Assembly (NCBI GenBank): GCA_964016885.1 | Contig: OZ024748.1 | Location: 36,642,001-36,706,000, forward strand | DNA length: 64,000 nucleotides | Direction of reading: 5' to 3' | Source: Eledone cirrhosa | Taxonomy: Eukaryota | Shown here: piece after piece, positions 29,671 to 46,600 of the stretch | Numbering within the stretch: the stretch's first letter is position 1 | Layout: every line of letters begins with the position of its first letter | Notes under the pieces: generated by a model | What the model saw: only the letters and a program-made list of their open reading frames with translations | What the model was told of the DNA's origin: nothing | Database searches by the model: none | Position numbers and translations under genes: made by a program

Positions 29671-32600
29671 ACCCTGCCACACAACACATTAGACCATCCT
29701 GTAACTATACCCTGCCTGACAACACATTACATCATCCTGTAACTATACCCTGCCTCACAACACATTACACCATTCTGTAAATATTCCCTGCTTCACAACA
29801 CATTAGACCATCCTGTAACTATACCCTGCCTCACAACACATTAGACCATTCTGTAACTATACCCTGCCTCAAAACACATTAGACTATCCTGTAACTATAT
29901 CCTACCCCATAACACATTAGTCCATCCTGTAGCTATATCCTACCCCACAACACATTAGACCATCCTGTAACTATACCCTGCCTCGCAACACATTACACCA
30001 TTCTGTAACTATACCCTGCCTCACAACACATTAGATCATCCTGTAACTATACCCTGCCTCACAACACCTTAGACCATTCTGTAAATATACCCTGCCTCAC
30101 AACACATTAGACCATCCTGTAACTATACCCTGTCTCACAACACATTAGACCATCCTGTAACTATACCCTGCCTGACAACACGTTAGACCATTCTGTAACT
30201 ATACCCTGCCTCACAACACATTAGACCATCCTGTAACTATATCCTACCCCACAACACATTAGACCATTCTGTAACTATACCTTGCCTCACAACATATTAG
30301 TTCATCCTGTAACTATTACCTGGCACACAACACATTAGACCATTCTGTATCTATACGCTGCCTCACAACACATTAGACCATTCTGTATCTATACCCTGCC
30401 TCACAACACATTAGACCATCCTGTAACTATATCCTACCTCACAACACATTAGACCATCCTGTAACTATGCCCTGCCTCACAACACATTAGACCATTCTGT
30501 AACTATACCCTACCTCACAACACATTAGACTATTCTGTAAATATACCCTGCCTCACAACACATTAGACCATTCTGTAACTATACCCTGCCTCCCAACACA
30601 TTAGACCATTCTGTTACTATACCCTGCCTCACAACACATTAGATCATCCTGTAACTATACCCTGCCACACAACACATTAGACCATCCTGTAACTATACCC
30701 TGTCTCACAACACATTAAACCATCCTGTAACTATACCCTGCCTCACAACACATTAGACCATTCTGTAACTATACCCTGCCTCATAACACATTAGACCATC
30801 CTGTAACTATACCCTGCCTCACAAAACATTAGACCATCCTGTAACAATATCCTATCCCACAACACAATAGTCCATCCTGCAACTATACCCTTCCTCACAA
30901 CGCATTAGACTATTCTGTAACTATAACCTGCCTCACAACACAATAGACTATCATGTAACTATACACTGCCTCCCAACACATTAGGCCATCCTGTAACTAT
31001 TACCTACCTAAAACACATTAGACCATCCTGTAACTATACCCTGCCTCACAACACATTACACTATTCTGTAACCATACCCTGCCTCACAACACATTAACCA
31101 TTCTGTAACTATACCCTGCCTCACAATACATTAGACCATCCTGTACCTATAGCCTGACTCACAACACATTAGACCAACCTGTAACTATATCCTACCCACA
31201 ACACATTAGACCATTCTGTAAATATACCTTGCCTCACAACACATTAGATCATCCTGTAACTATATCCTACCCACAACACGTTAGACCATTCTGTAACTAT
31301 ACCTTGCCTCACAACACATTAGATCATCCTGTAACTATACCCTGCCTCACAACACATTACACCATTCTGTAAATATTCCCTGCTTCACAACATATTGGAC
31401 CATTCTGTGACTATACCCTGCCTCACAACACATTAGATCATCCTGTAACTATACCCTGCCACACAACACATTAGACCATCCTGTAACTATACCCTGCCTG
31501 ACAACACATTAGACCATTCTGTAACTATACCGTGGCTCACAACAGATTAGTCCATCCTGTAACTATATGCTACCCCACAACACATTAGACCATCCTGTAA
31601 CTATATGCTGCCTCACAACACATTAGACCATTCTGTAGCTATACCCTGCCTCACAACACATTAGATCATCCTGTAACTATACCCTGCCTCACAACACCTT
31701 AGACCATTCTGTAAATATACACTGCCTCACAACACATTAGACCATCCTGTAACTATACCCTGTCTCACAACACATTAGACCATCCTGTAACTATACCCTG
31801 CCTGACAACACGTTAGACCATTCTGTAACTATACCCTGCCTCACAACACATTAGACCATCCTGTAACTATATCCTACCCCACAACACATTAGACCATTCT
31901 GTAACTATACCTTGCCTCACAACATATTAGTTCATCCTGTAACTATTACCTGGCACACAACACATTAGACCATTCTGTATCTATACGCTGCCTCACAACA
32001 CATTAGACCATTCTGTATCTATACCCTGCCTCACAACACATTAGACCATCCTGTAACTATATCCTACCTCACAACACATTAGACCATCCTGTAACTATGC
32101 CCTGCCTCACAACACATTAGACCATTCTGTAACTATACCCTGCCTCACAACACATTAGACTATTCTGTAAATATACCCTGCCTCACAACACATTAGACCA
32201 TTCTGTAACTATACCCTGCCTCCCAACACATTAGACCATTCTGTTACTATACCCTGCCTCACAACACATTAGATCATCCTGTAACTATACCCTGCCACAC
32301 AACACATTAGACCATCCTGTAACTATACCCTGTCTCACAACACATTAAACCATCCTGTAACTATACCCTGCCTCACAACACATTAGACCATTCTGTAACT
32401 ATACCCTGCCTCATAACACATTAGACCATCCTGTAACTATACCCTGCCTCACAAAACATTAGACCATCCTGTAACAATATCCTATCCCACAACACAATAG
32501 ACCATCCTGCAACTATACCCTTCCTCACAACGCATTAGACTATTCTGTAACTATAACCTGCCTCACAACACAATAGACTATCATGTAACTATACACTGCC

Positions 32601-35600
32601 TCCCAACACATTAGGCCATCCTGTAACTATATCCTACCTAAAACACATTAGACCATCCTGTAACTATACCCTGCCTCACAACACATTACACTATTCTGTA
32701 ACCATACCCTGCCTCACAACACATTAACCATTCTGTAACTATACCCTGCCTCACAATACATTAGACAATTCTGTAACTATACTCTGCCTCACAACACATT
32801 AGACCATTCTGTTACTAAACCCTGTCTCACAACACATTAGACCATGCTGTAACTATACTCTGCGTCACAACACATTAGACCATTCTGTAACTATACCCTA
32901 CCTCATAACACATTAGACCATCCTGTAACTATACCCTGCCTCACAAAACATTAGATCATCCTGTAACTATATCCTATCCTACAACACATTAGACCATCCT
33001 GTAACTATACCCTGCCTCACAACACATTAGACCATCCTGTAACTATGCCCTGCCTCACAACACATTAGACCATCATGTAACTATATCCTACCCCACAACA
33101 CATTGGACCATTCTGTAACTATACCCTGCCTCACAACACATTAGACCATCCTGTAACTATACCCTGCATCACAACAAATTAGATCATCCTGTAACTATAC
33201 ACTGCCACATAACACACTATACCATCCTGTAACAATACCCTGCCTCACAACACATTACACCATCCTGTAACTATACGATGCCTCACAACACATTAGACCA
33301 TTCTTTAACTATACCCTGCCTCACGATACATTATACCATCTTGTAACTATACCCTGCCTCACAACACATTAGACCATTCTGTAACTATACCCTGCCTCAC
33401 AACACATTAGACCATCCTGTAACTATACCCTGCCTCACAACACATTAGACCATTCTGTAACTATATCCTGCCTCACAACACAGATCATTCTGTAACTATA
33501 CCCTGCCTAACAACACATTAGACCATCATGTAACCATACCCTGCCTCACAATACATTAGATCATCCTGTAACTATACCCTACCTCACAATACGTTAGACC
33601 CTCTTGTAACTATACCCTGCCTCACAACACTTTAGACCATTCTGTAAATATAATCTGCCTCACAACACATTAGATCATCCTGTAACTATACCCTGCCTCA
33701 CAACACATTAGACCATCCTGTAAATATATCCTACCTCACAACACATTAGACGATCCTGTAACTATACCCTGCTTCACAAAACATTAGACCATTCTGTAAT
33801 TATACCCTGCCTCACAAGACATTAGACCATCCTGTACCTATAGCCTGACTCACAACACATTAGACCAACCTGTAACTATATCCTACCCACAACACATTAG
33901 ACCATTCTGTAAATATACCTTGCCTCACAACACATTAGATCATCCTGTAACTATATCCTACCCACAACACGTTAGACCATTCTGTAACTATACCTTGCCT
34001 CACAACACATTAGATCATCCTGTAACTATACCCTGCCTCACAACACATTACACCATTCTGTAAATATTCCCTGCTTCACAACATATTGGACCATTCTGTG
34101 ACTATACCCTGCCTCACAACACATTAGATCATCCTGTAACTATACCCTGCCACACAACACATTAGACCATCCTGTAACTATACCCTGCCTGACAACACAT
34201 TAGACCATTCTGTAACTATACCGTGGCTCACAACAGATTAGTCCATCCTGTAACTATATGCTACCCCACAACACATTAGACCATCCTGTAACTATATGCT
34301 GCCTCACAACACATTAGACCATTCTGTAGCTATACCCTGCCTCAAAACACATTAGACTATCCTGTAACTATATCCTACCCCATAACACATTAGTCCATCC
34401 TGTAGCTATATCCTACCCCACAACACATTAGACCATCCTGTAACTATACCCTGCCTCGCAACACATTACACCATTCTGTAACTATACCCTGCCTCACAAC
34501 ACATTAGATCATCCTGTAACTATACCCTGCCTCACAACACCTTAGACCATTCTGTAAATATACCCTGCCTCACAACACATTAGACCATCCTGTAACTATA
34601 CCCTGTCTCACAACACATTAGACCATCCTGTAACTATACCCTGCCTGACAACACGTTAGACCATTCTGTAACTATACCCTGCCTCACAACACATTAGACC
34701 ATCCTGTAACTATATCCTACCCCACAACACATTAGACCATTCTGTAACTATACCTTGCCTCACAACATATTAGATCATCCTGTAACTATTACCTGACTCA
34801 CAACACATTAGACCATTCTGTATCTATACGCTGCCTCACAACACATTAGACCATTCTGTATCTATACCCTGCCTCACAACACATTAGACCATCCTGTAAC
34901 TATATCCTACCTCACAACACATTAGACCATCCTGTAACTATGCCCTGCCTCACAACACATTAGACCATTCTGTAACTATACCCTGCCTCACAACACATTA
35001 GACCATTCTGTAAATATACCCTGCCTCACAACACATTAGACCATTCTGTAACTATACCCTGCCTCCCAACACATTAGACCATTCTGTTACTATACCCTGC
35101 CTCACAACACATTAGATCATCCTGTAACTATACCCTGCCACACAACACATTAGACCATCCTGTAACTATACCCTGTCTCACAACACATTAAACCATCCTG
35201 TAACTGTACCCTGCCTCACAACACATTAGACCATTCTGTAACTATACCCTGCCTCATAACACATTAGACCATCCTGTAACTATACCCTGCCTCACAAAAC
35301 ATTAGACCATCCTGTAACAATATCCTATCCCACAACACAATAGACCATCCTGCAACTATACCCTTCCTCACAACGCATTAGACTATTCTGTAGCTATAAC
35401 CTGCCTCACAACACAATAGACTATCATGTAACTATACACTGCCTCCCAACACATTAGACCATCCTGTAACTATACCCTGCCTCACAACACATTACACTAT
35501 TCTGTAACCATACCCTGCCTCACAACACATTAACCATTCTGTAACTATACCCTGCCTCACAACACATTAGACAATTCTGTAACTATACCCTGCCTCACAA

Positions 35601-38600
35601 CACATTAGACCATTCTGTTACTAAACCCTGTCTCACAACACATTAGACCATCCTGTAACTATACTCTGCGTCACAACACATTAGACCATTCTGTAACTAT
35701 ACCCTACCTCATAACACATTAGACCATCCTGTAACTATACCCTGCCTCACAAAACATTAGACCATCCTGTAACTATATCCTATCCTACAACACATTAGAC
35801 CATCCTGTAACTATACCCTGCCTCACAACACATTAGACCATCCTGTAACTATACCCTGCCTCACAACACATTAGACCATCATGTAACTATATCCTACCCC
35901 ACAACACATTGGACCATTCTGTAACTATACCCTGCCTCACAACACATTAGACCATCCTGTAACTATACCCTGCATCACAACAAATTAGATCATCCTGTAA
36001 CTATACACTGCCACATAACACATTATACCATCCTGTAACTATACCCTGCCTCACAACACATTACACCATCCTGTAACTATACGATGCCTCACAACACATT
36101 AGACCATTCTTTAACTATACCCTGCCTCACGATACATTATACCATCTTGTAACTATACCCTGCCTCACAACACATTAGACCATTCTGTAACTATACCCTG
36201 CCTCACAACACATTAGACCATCCTGTAACTATACCCTGCCTCACAACACATTAGACCATTCTGTAACTATATCCTGCCTCACAACACAGATCATTCTGTA
36301 ACTATACCCTGCCTAACAACACATTAGACCATCATGTAACCATACCCTGCCTCACAATACATTAGATCATCCTGTAACTATACCCTGCCTCACAATACGT
36401 TAGACCCTCTTGTAACTATACCCTGCCTCACAACGCATTAGACCATTCTGTAAATATAATCTGCCTCACAACACATTAGATCATCCTGTAACTATACCCT
36501 GCCTCACAACACATTAGACCATCCTGTAAATATATCCTACCTCACAACACATTAGACGATCCTGTAACTATACCCTGCTTCACAAAACATTAGACCATTC
36601 TGTAATTATACCCTGCCTCACAAGACATTAGACCATCCTGTAACTATATCCTACCCACAACACATTAGACCATTCTGTAAATATACCTTGCCTCACAACA
36701 CATTAGATCATCCTGTAACTATATCCTACCCACAACACATTAGACCATTCTGTAACTATACCTTGCCTCACAACACATTAGATCATCCTGTAACTATACC
36801 CTGCCTCACAACACATTACAGCATTCTGTAAATATTCCCTGCTTCACAACATATTAGACCATTCTGTGACTATACCCTGCCTCACAACACATTAGATCAT
36901 CCTGTAACTATACCCTGCCACGCAACAAATTAGACCATTCTGTAACTATACCCTGCCTCACAACACATTAGACCATCCTGTAACTATACCCTGACTCACA
37001 ACATATTACACCATTCTGTAAATATACCCAGCCTCACAACACAGACCATTCTGTAACTATACCCTGCCTCACAACACATTAGACCATTCTGTAACTATAC
37101 CCTGCCTCACAACACAGACCATCCTATAACTATACCCTGCCTCACAACACATTAGACCATTCTGTAACTATAGCCTGCCTCAGAACACTTTAGACCATTC
37201 TGTAACTATACCCTGCCTCACAACACATTAGACCATTCTGTATCTATACCCTGCCTCACAACACATTAGAGCATTCTGTTACTATGCCCTGCCTCACAAC
37301 ACATTACACCATTCTGTTACTATACCCTGCCTCACAACACATTAGACCATCCTGTAACTCTACCCTGCCTCACAACACATTAGACCATTCTGTAACTATA
37401 CCCTGCCTCATAACACATTACACCATCCTGTAACTATACCCTGCCTCACAAAACATTAGATCATACTGTAACTATATCCTACCCACAACACATTAGACCA
37501 TTCTGTAACTATACCTTGCCTCACAACACATTAGATCATCCTGTAACTATACCCTGCCTCACAACACATTAGACCATTCTGTAAATATACCCTGCCTCAC
37601 AACATATTAGACCATTCTGTGACTATACCCTGCCTCACAACAAATTAGATCATCCTGTAGCTATATCCTACCCCACAACACATTAGACCATCCTGTAACT
37701 ATATCCTGGCTCACAACACATTAGTCCATCCTGTAACTATATGCGACCCCACAACACATTAGACCATCCTGTAACTATACCCTCCCTCACAACACATTAG
37801 ACCATTCTGTAACTATACCCTGCCTCAAAACACATTAGACTATCATGTAACTATATCCTACCCCATAACACATTAGACCATCCTGTAGCTATATCCTACC
37901 CCACAACACATTAGACCATCCTGTAACTATACCCTGCCTCGCAACACATTAGATCATTGTGTAACTATACCCTGCCTCACAACACATTAGATCATCCTGT
38001 AACTATACCCTGCCTCAAAACACATTAGAACATTCTGTAAATATACCCTGCCTCACAACGCATTAGACCATCCTGTATATATACCCTGTCTCACAAGACA
38101 TTAGACCATCCTGTAACTATACCCTGCCTGACAACACATTAGACCATTCTGTAATTATAGCCTGCCTCACAACACATTAGACCATCCTGTAACTATATCC
38201 TACCCTACAACACATTAGACAATTCTGTAACTATACCTTGCCTCACAACACATTAGACCATTCTGTAACTATACCCTGCCTCAAAACACATTAGACTATC
38301 CTGTAACTATATCCTACCCCATAACACATTAAACCATCCTGTAACTATATCCTACCCCACAACACATTAGACCATCCTGTAACTATACTCTACCTCACAA
38401 CACATTAGATCATCCTGTAACTATACCCTGCCTCACAACACATTAGACCATTCTGTAAATATACCCTGCCTCACAACACATTAGACCATCCTGTAACTAT
38501 ACCCTGTCTCACAACACATTAGACCATCCTGTAACTATATCCTACCTCACAACACATTAGACCATCCTGTAACTATGCCCTGCCTCACAACACATTAGAC

Positions 38601-40659
38601 CATTCTGTAACAATACCCTGCCTCACAACACATTAGACCATTCTGTAAATATACCCTGCCTCACAACACATTAGACCATTCTGTAACTATACCCTGCCTC
38701 CCAACACATTAGACCATTCTGTTACTATACCCTGCCTCACAACACATTAGATCATCCTGTAACTATACCCTGCCACACAACACATTAGACCATCCTGTAA
38801 CTATACCCTGTCTCACAACACATTAAACCATCCTGTAACTATACCCTGCCTCACAACACATTAGACCATTCTGTAACTATACCCTGCCTCATAACACATT
38901 AGACCATCCTGTAACTATACCCTGCCTCACAAAACATTAGACCATCCTGTAACAATATCCTATCCCACAACACAATAGACCATCCTGCAACTATACCCTT
39001 CCTCACAACGCATTAGACTATTCTGTAACTATAACCTGCCTCACAACACAATAGACTATCATGTAACTATACACTGCCTCCCAACACATTAGGCCATCCT
39101 GTAACTATATCCTACCTAAAACACATTAGACCATCCTGTAACTATACCCTGCCTCACAACACATTACACTATTCTGTAACCATACCCTGCCTCACAACAC
39201 ATTAACCATTCTGTAACTATACCCTGCCTCACAACACATTAGACAATTCTGTAACTATACCCTGCCTCACAACACATTACACCATTCTGTTACTAAACCC
39301 TGTCTCACAACACATTAGACCATCCTGTAACTATACTCTGCGTCACAACACATTAGACCATTCTGTAACTATACCCTACCTCATAACACATTAGACCATC
39401 CTGTAACTATACCCTGCCTCACAAAACATTAGACCATCCTGTACCTATATCCTATGCTACAACACATTAGACCATCATGTAACTATACCCTGCCTCACAA
39501 CACATTAGACCATTCTGTAACTATACCCTGCCTCACAACACATTAGACCATCATGTAACTATATCCTACCCCACAACACATTGGACCATTCTGTAACTAT
39601 AACCTGCCTCACAACACATTAGACCATCCTGTAACTATACCCTGCATCACAACAAATTAGATCATCCTGTAACTATACACTGCCACATAACACATTATAC
39701 CATCCTGTAACTATACACTGCCTCACAACACATTACACCATCCTGTAACTATACGATGCCTCACAACACATTAGACCATTCTTTAACTATACCCTGCCTC
39801 ACGATACATTATACCATCTTGTAACTATACCCTGCCTCACAACACATTAGACCATTCTGTAACTATACCCTGCCTCACAACACATTAGACCATCCTGTAA
39901 CTATACCCTGCCTCACAACACATTAGACCATTCTGTAACTATATCCTGCCTCACAACACAGATCATTCTGTAACTATACCCTGCCTAACAACACATTAGA
40001 CCATCATGTAACCATACCCTGCCTCACAATACATTAGATCATCCTGTAACTATACCCTGCCTCACAATACGTTAGACCCTCTTGTAACTATACCCTGCCT
40101 CACAACACATTAGACCATTCTGTAAATATAATCTGCCTCACAACACATTAGATCATCCTGTAACTATACCCTGCCTCACAACACATTAGACCATCCTGTA
40201 AATATATCCTACCTCACAACACATTAGACGATCCTGTAACTATACCCTGCTTCACAAAACATTAGACCATTCTGTAATTATACCCTGCCTCACAAGACAT
40301 TAGACCATCCTGTACCTATAGCCTGACTCACAACACATTAGACCATCCTGTAACTATATCCTACCCACAACACATTAGACCATTCTGTAAATATACCTTG
40401 CCTCACAACACATTAGATCATCCTGTAACTATATCCTACCCACAACACATTAGACCATTCTGTAACTATACCTTGCCTCACAACACATTAGATCATCCTG
40501 TAACTATACCCTGCCTCACAACACATTACACCATTCTGTAAATATTCCCTGCTTCACAACATATTAGACCATTCTGTGACTATACCCTGCCTCACAACAC
40601 ATTAGATCATCCTGTAACTATACCCTGCCACACAACACATTAGACCATCCTGTAACTAT

Positions 40660-43600
40660 ACCCTGCCTGACAACACATTAGACCATTCTGTAACTATACC
40701 CTGGCTCACAACAGATTAGTCCATCCTGTAACTATATGCTACCCCACAACACATTAGACCATCCTGTAACTATACCCTGCCTCACAACACATTAGACCAT
40801 TCTGTAACTATACCCTGCCTCAAAACACATTAGACTATCCTGTAACTATATCCTACCCCATAACACATTAGTCCATCCTGTAGCTATATCCTACCCCACA
40901 ACACATTAGACCATCCTGTAACTATACCCTGCCTCGCAACACATTACACCATTCTGTAACTATACCCTGCCTCACAACACATTAGATCATCCTGTAACTA
41001 TACCCTGCCTCACAACACCTTAGACCATTCTGTAAATATACCCTGCCTCACAACACATTAGACCATCCTGTATATATACCCTGTCTCACAACACATTAGA
41101 CCATCCTGTAACTACACCCTGCCTGACAACACATTAGACCATTCTGTAATTATAGCCTGCCTCACAACACATTAGACCATCCTGTAACTATACCCTGTCT
41201 CACAACACATTAGACTATCCTGTAACTATATCCTACCCCATAACACATTAGACCATCCTGTAACTATATCCTACCCCACAACACATTAGACCATCCTGTA
41301 ACTATATCCTACCCCACAACACATCAGACAATTCTGTAACTATACCTTGCCTCACAACACATTAGACCATTCTGTAACTATACCCTGCCTCAAAACACAT
41401 TAGACTATCCTGTAACTATATCCTACCCCATAACACATTAGACCATCCTATAACTATATCCTACCCCACAACACATTAGACCATCCTGTAACTATACCCT
41501 GCCTCACAACACATTAGACCATTCTGTAACTATACTCTGCCTCACAACACATTAGATCATCCTGTAACTATACCCTGCCTCACAACACATTAGACCATTC
41601 TGTAAATATACCCTGCCTCACAACACATTAGACCATCCTGTAACTATACCCTGTCTCACAACACATTAGATCATCCTGTAACTATGTCCTACCTCACAAC
41701 ACATTAGACCATCCTGTAACTATACCCTGCCTCACAACACATTAGACCATTCTGTAACTATACCTTGCCTCACAACATATTAGATCATCCTGTAACTATA
41801 CCCTGCCTCACAACACATTAGACCATTCTGTAACTATACCTTGCCTCACAACATATTAGATCATCCTGTAACTATTACCTGGCTAACAAAACATTAGACC
41901 ATTCTGTATCTATACGCTGCCTCACAACACATTAGACCATTCTGTATCTATACCCTGCCTCACAACACATTAGACCATCCTGTAACTATGTCCTACCTCA
42001 CAACACATTAGACCATCCTGTAACTATACCCTGCCTCACAACACATTAGACCATTCTGTAGCTATACCCTGCCTCACAACACATAAGACCATTCTGTAAA
42101 TATACCCTGCCTCACAACACATTAGACCATTCTGTAACTATACCCTGCGTCACAACACATTATACCATCTTGTAACTATACCCTGCCTCACAACACATTA
42201 GACTATCCTGTAACTATATCCTACCACACAACACATTAGACCATCCTGTAACTATACCCTGCCTCACAACACATTAGACCATTCTGTAACTATACCCTGC
42301 CTCACAACACATTAGACCATCCTGTAACTATACCCGGCCTCACAACACATTAGACCATCCTGTAACTATATCCTGCCTCACAACACATAAGAATATTCTG
42401 TAACTATAACCTGCCTCACAACACATTAGACCATCTTGTAACTATACCCTGCCTCACAACACATTAGACCATTCTGTAAATATAATCTGCCTCACAAAAC
42501 ATTAGACGATTCTGTAACTATACCCTGCCTTACAACTCATTAGATCATCCTGTAACTATACCCTGCCACACAACACATTAGACCATCCTGTAACTATATC
42601 CTACTCCACAACACATTAGACCATCCTGTAACTAAACCCTGCCCCACAACACATTAGACCATTCTGTAACTACACCCTGCCTCACAACACATTAGACCAT
42701 CCTGTAACTATAGCCTGACTCACAACACATTAGACCATCCTGTAACAATACCATGCCTCACAAAACATTACACCATTATGTAACCATACACTGCCTCACA
42801 ACACATTAGACCATTCTGTAACTATACCCTGCCTCACAACACATTAAACAACTCTGTGACTATACCCTGCCTCACAACACATTAGACCATTCTGTTACTA
42901 AACCCTGCCTCACAACACATTAGATCATCCTGTAACTATACCCTGCCACGCAACACATTAGACCATCCTGTAACTCTGCCCAGTCTCACAACACATTAGA
43001 CCATCCTGTAACTATACCCTGCCTCACAACACATTAGACCATCCTGTAACTAAACACTGCCTCACAACACATTAGATCATTCTGTAACTACACCCTGCCT
43101 CACAACACATTAGACCATCCTGTACGTATAGCCTGACTCATAACACATTAGACCATCCTGTAACTATATGCTACCCCACAACACATTAGACCATCCTGTA
43201 ACTATACCCTGCCTCCCAACACATTAGACCATCATGTAACTATATCCTACCGCCCAACACATTAGACCATCCTGTAACTATACCCTGCCCCACAACACAT
43301 TAGACCATTCTGTAACTATACCCTGCCTCACAACACATTATACCATCCTGTAACTATACCCTGCCTCAGAACACATTAGACCATTCTGTAACTTTACCTG
43401 CCTCACAACACATTAGACCATTCTGTTACTATACCCTGCCTTACAACACATTAGATCATCCTGTAACTATACCCTGCCACACAACACATTAGACCATCCT
43501 GTAACTATATCCTGCCTCCCAACACATTGGACCATCCTGTAACTATATCCTACCTCACAACACATTAGACCATCATGTAACTATACCCTGCCTCACAACA

Positions 43601-46600
43601 CATTAGACCATTTTGTAACTATACCCTGCCTCACAACACATTAGACCATTCTGTAAATATACCCTGCCTCACAACACATTAAACCATTCTGTAACTATAC
43701 CCTGCCTCACAAAACATTAGACCATTCTGTAACTATAACCTTCCTCATAACACATTAGACCATCCTGTAACTATACCCTGCCTCACAAAACATTAGACCA
43801 TCCTGTAACTATATCCTATCCCACAACACATTAGACCATTCTGTAACTATACCCTGCCTCACAACACATTAGACCATCATGTAACTATACTCTGCCTCCT
43901 AACAAGTTAGACCATCCTGTAACAATACCCTGCCTCACAAAACATTACACCGTTCTGTAACCATACACTGCCTCACAACACATTAGACCATTCTGTAACT
44001 ATACCCTGACTCACAACATATTAGATCATCCTGTAACTATACCCTGCCTCACAACACATTAGACCATCCTGTAACTATACGCTTCCTCACAACACATTAG
44101 ACCATTCTGTAACTATACCCTGCGTCACAACACATTATACCATCTTGTAACTATACCCTGCCTCACAACACATTAGACTATCCTGTAATTATATCCTACC
44201 ACACAACACATTAGACCATCCTGTAACTATATGCTACCCCACAACACATTAGACCATCTTGTAACTATACCCTGCCTCACAACACATTAGACCATTTGTA
44301 AATATAATCTGCCTCACAAAACATTAGACGATTCTGTAACTATACCCTGCCTTACAAGTCATTAGATCATCCTGTAACTATACCCTGCCACACAACACAT
44401 TAGACCATCCTGTAACTATATCCTACTTCACAACACATTAGACCATCCTGTAACTAAGCCCTGCCTCACAACACATTAGACCATTCTGTAACTACACCCT
44501 GCCTCACAACACATTAGACCATCCTGTAACTATAGCCTGACCCACAACAGATTAGACCATCCTGTAACTATATGCTATCCCACAACACATTAGACCATCC
44601 TGTAACTATACCCTGCCTCCCAACACATTAGACCATCATGTAACTATATCTCACCTCACAACACATTAGACCATCCTGTAACTATATCCTATCCCACAAC
44701 ACATTAGACCATTCTGTAACTATACCCTGCCTCACAAAACATTACACCATTCTGTAACCATACCTGCCTCACAACACATTAGACCATTCTGTAACTATAC
44801 CCTGCCTCACAACACATTAAACAATTATGTAACTATACCCTGCCTCACAACACATTAGACCATTCTGTTACTAAACGCTGCCTCACAATACATTAGATCA
44901 TCCTGTAACTATACTCTGCACACAACACATTAGACCATCCTGTAACTCTGCCCAGTCTCACAACACATTAGACCATCCTGTAACTATACCCTGCCTCACA
45001 ACACATTAGACCATCCTGTAACTAAACACTGCCTCACAACACATTAGATCATTCTGTAACTACACCCTGCCTCACAACACATTAGACCATCCTGTACCTA
45101 TAGCCTGACTCATAACACATTAGACCATCCTGTAACTATATGCTACCCCACAACACATTAGACCATCCTGTAACTATACCCTGCCTCCCAACACATTAGA
45201 CCATCCTGTAACTATATCCTACCGCACAACACATTAGACCATCCTGTAACTATACCCTGCCTCCCAACACATTAGACCATTCTGTAATTATACTCTGCCT
45301 CACAACACATTAGACCATTCTGTAACTATACCCTGCCTCAGAACACATTAGACCATTCTGTAACTTTACCCTGCCTCACAACACGTTAGACCATTCTGTT
45401 ACTATACACTGCCTTACAACACATTAGATCATCCTGTAACTATACACTGCCACACAACACATTAGACCATCCTGTAACTATATCCTGCCTCCCAACACAT
45501 TTGACCATTTTGTAACTATACCCTGCATCACAACACATTAGACCATTCTGTAAATATACCCTGCCTCACAACACATTAAACCATTCTGTAACTATACCCT
45601 GCCTCAAACACATTAGACCATTCTGTAACTATACCCTGCCTCATAACACATTAGACCATCATGTAACTATACCCTGCCTCACAAAACATTAGACCATCCT
45701 GTAACTATATCCTATACCACAACGCATTAGACCATTCTGTAACTATACCCTGCCTCACAACACATTAGACCATCATGTAACTATACCCTGCCTCCAAACA
45801 CGTTAGACCATCCTGTAACTATATCCTACCTCACAACACATTAGACCATCCTGTAACAATACCCTGCCTCACAAAACATTACAACATTCTGTAACCATAC
45901 CCTGCCTCACAACACATTAGACCATTCTGTAACTATACCCTGCCTCACAACATATTAGATCATCCTATAACTATACCCTGATCACAACACATTAGACCAT
46001 CCTGTAACTATACCCTGCCTCACAACACTTTAGAGCATCCTGTAACAATACCTGCATCACAACACATTAGATCATCCTGTAACTGTACACTGCCACACAA
46101 CACATTATACCATCCTGTAACTATACCCTGCCTCACAACACATTACACCATCCTGTAACTATACGCTGCCTCACAACACATTAGACCATTCTGTAACTAT
46201 ACCCTGCGTCACAACACATTATACCATATTGTAGCTATACCCAGCCTCACAACACATTAGACTATCCTGTAACTATATCCTACCACACAACACATTAGAC
46301 CATCCTGTAACTATACCCTGCCTCACAACACATTAGACCATTCTGTAACTATACCCTGCCTCACAACACATTAGACCATCCTGTAACTATACCCTGCCTC
46401 ACAACACATTAGACCATTCTGTAACTATACCCTTCCTAACAACACATTAGACCATTCTGTAACTATACCTTGCCTCACAACACATTAGACCATCCTGTAA
46501 CTATACCCTGCCTCACAACACATTAGACAATCTTGTAACTATACCCTGCCTCACAATACATTAGACCATTCTGTAAATATAATCTGCCTCACAAAACATT

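Noticed and set aside
33649-33654. TATAAT (-10 box-like) in the AAATATAATCTG variants
   Set aside because: It is a by-product of monomer substitutions, and there is no downstream gene or other promoter evidence.
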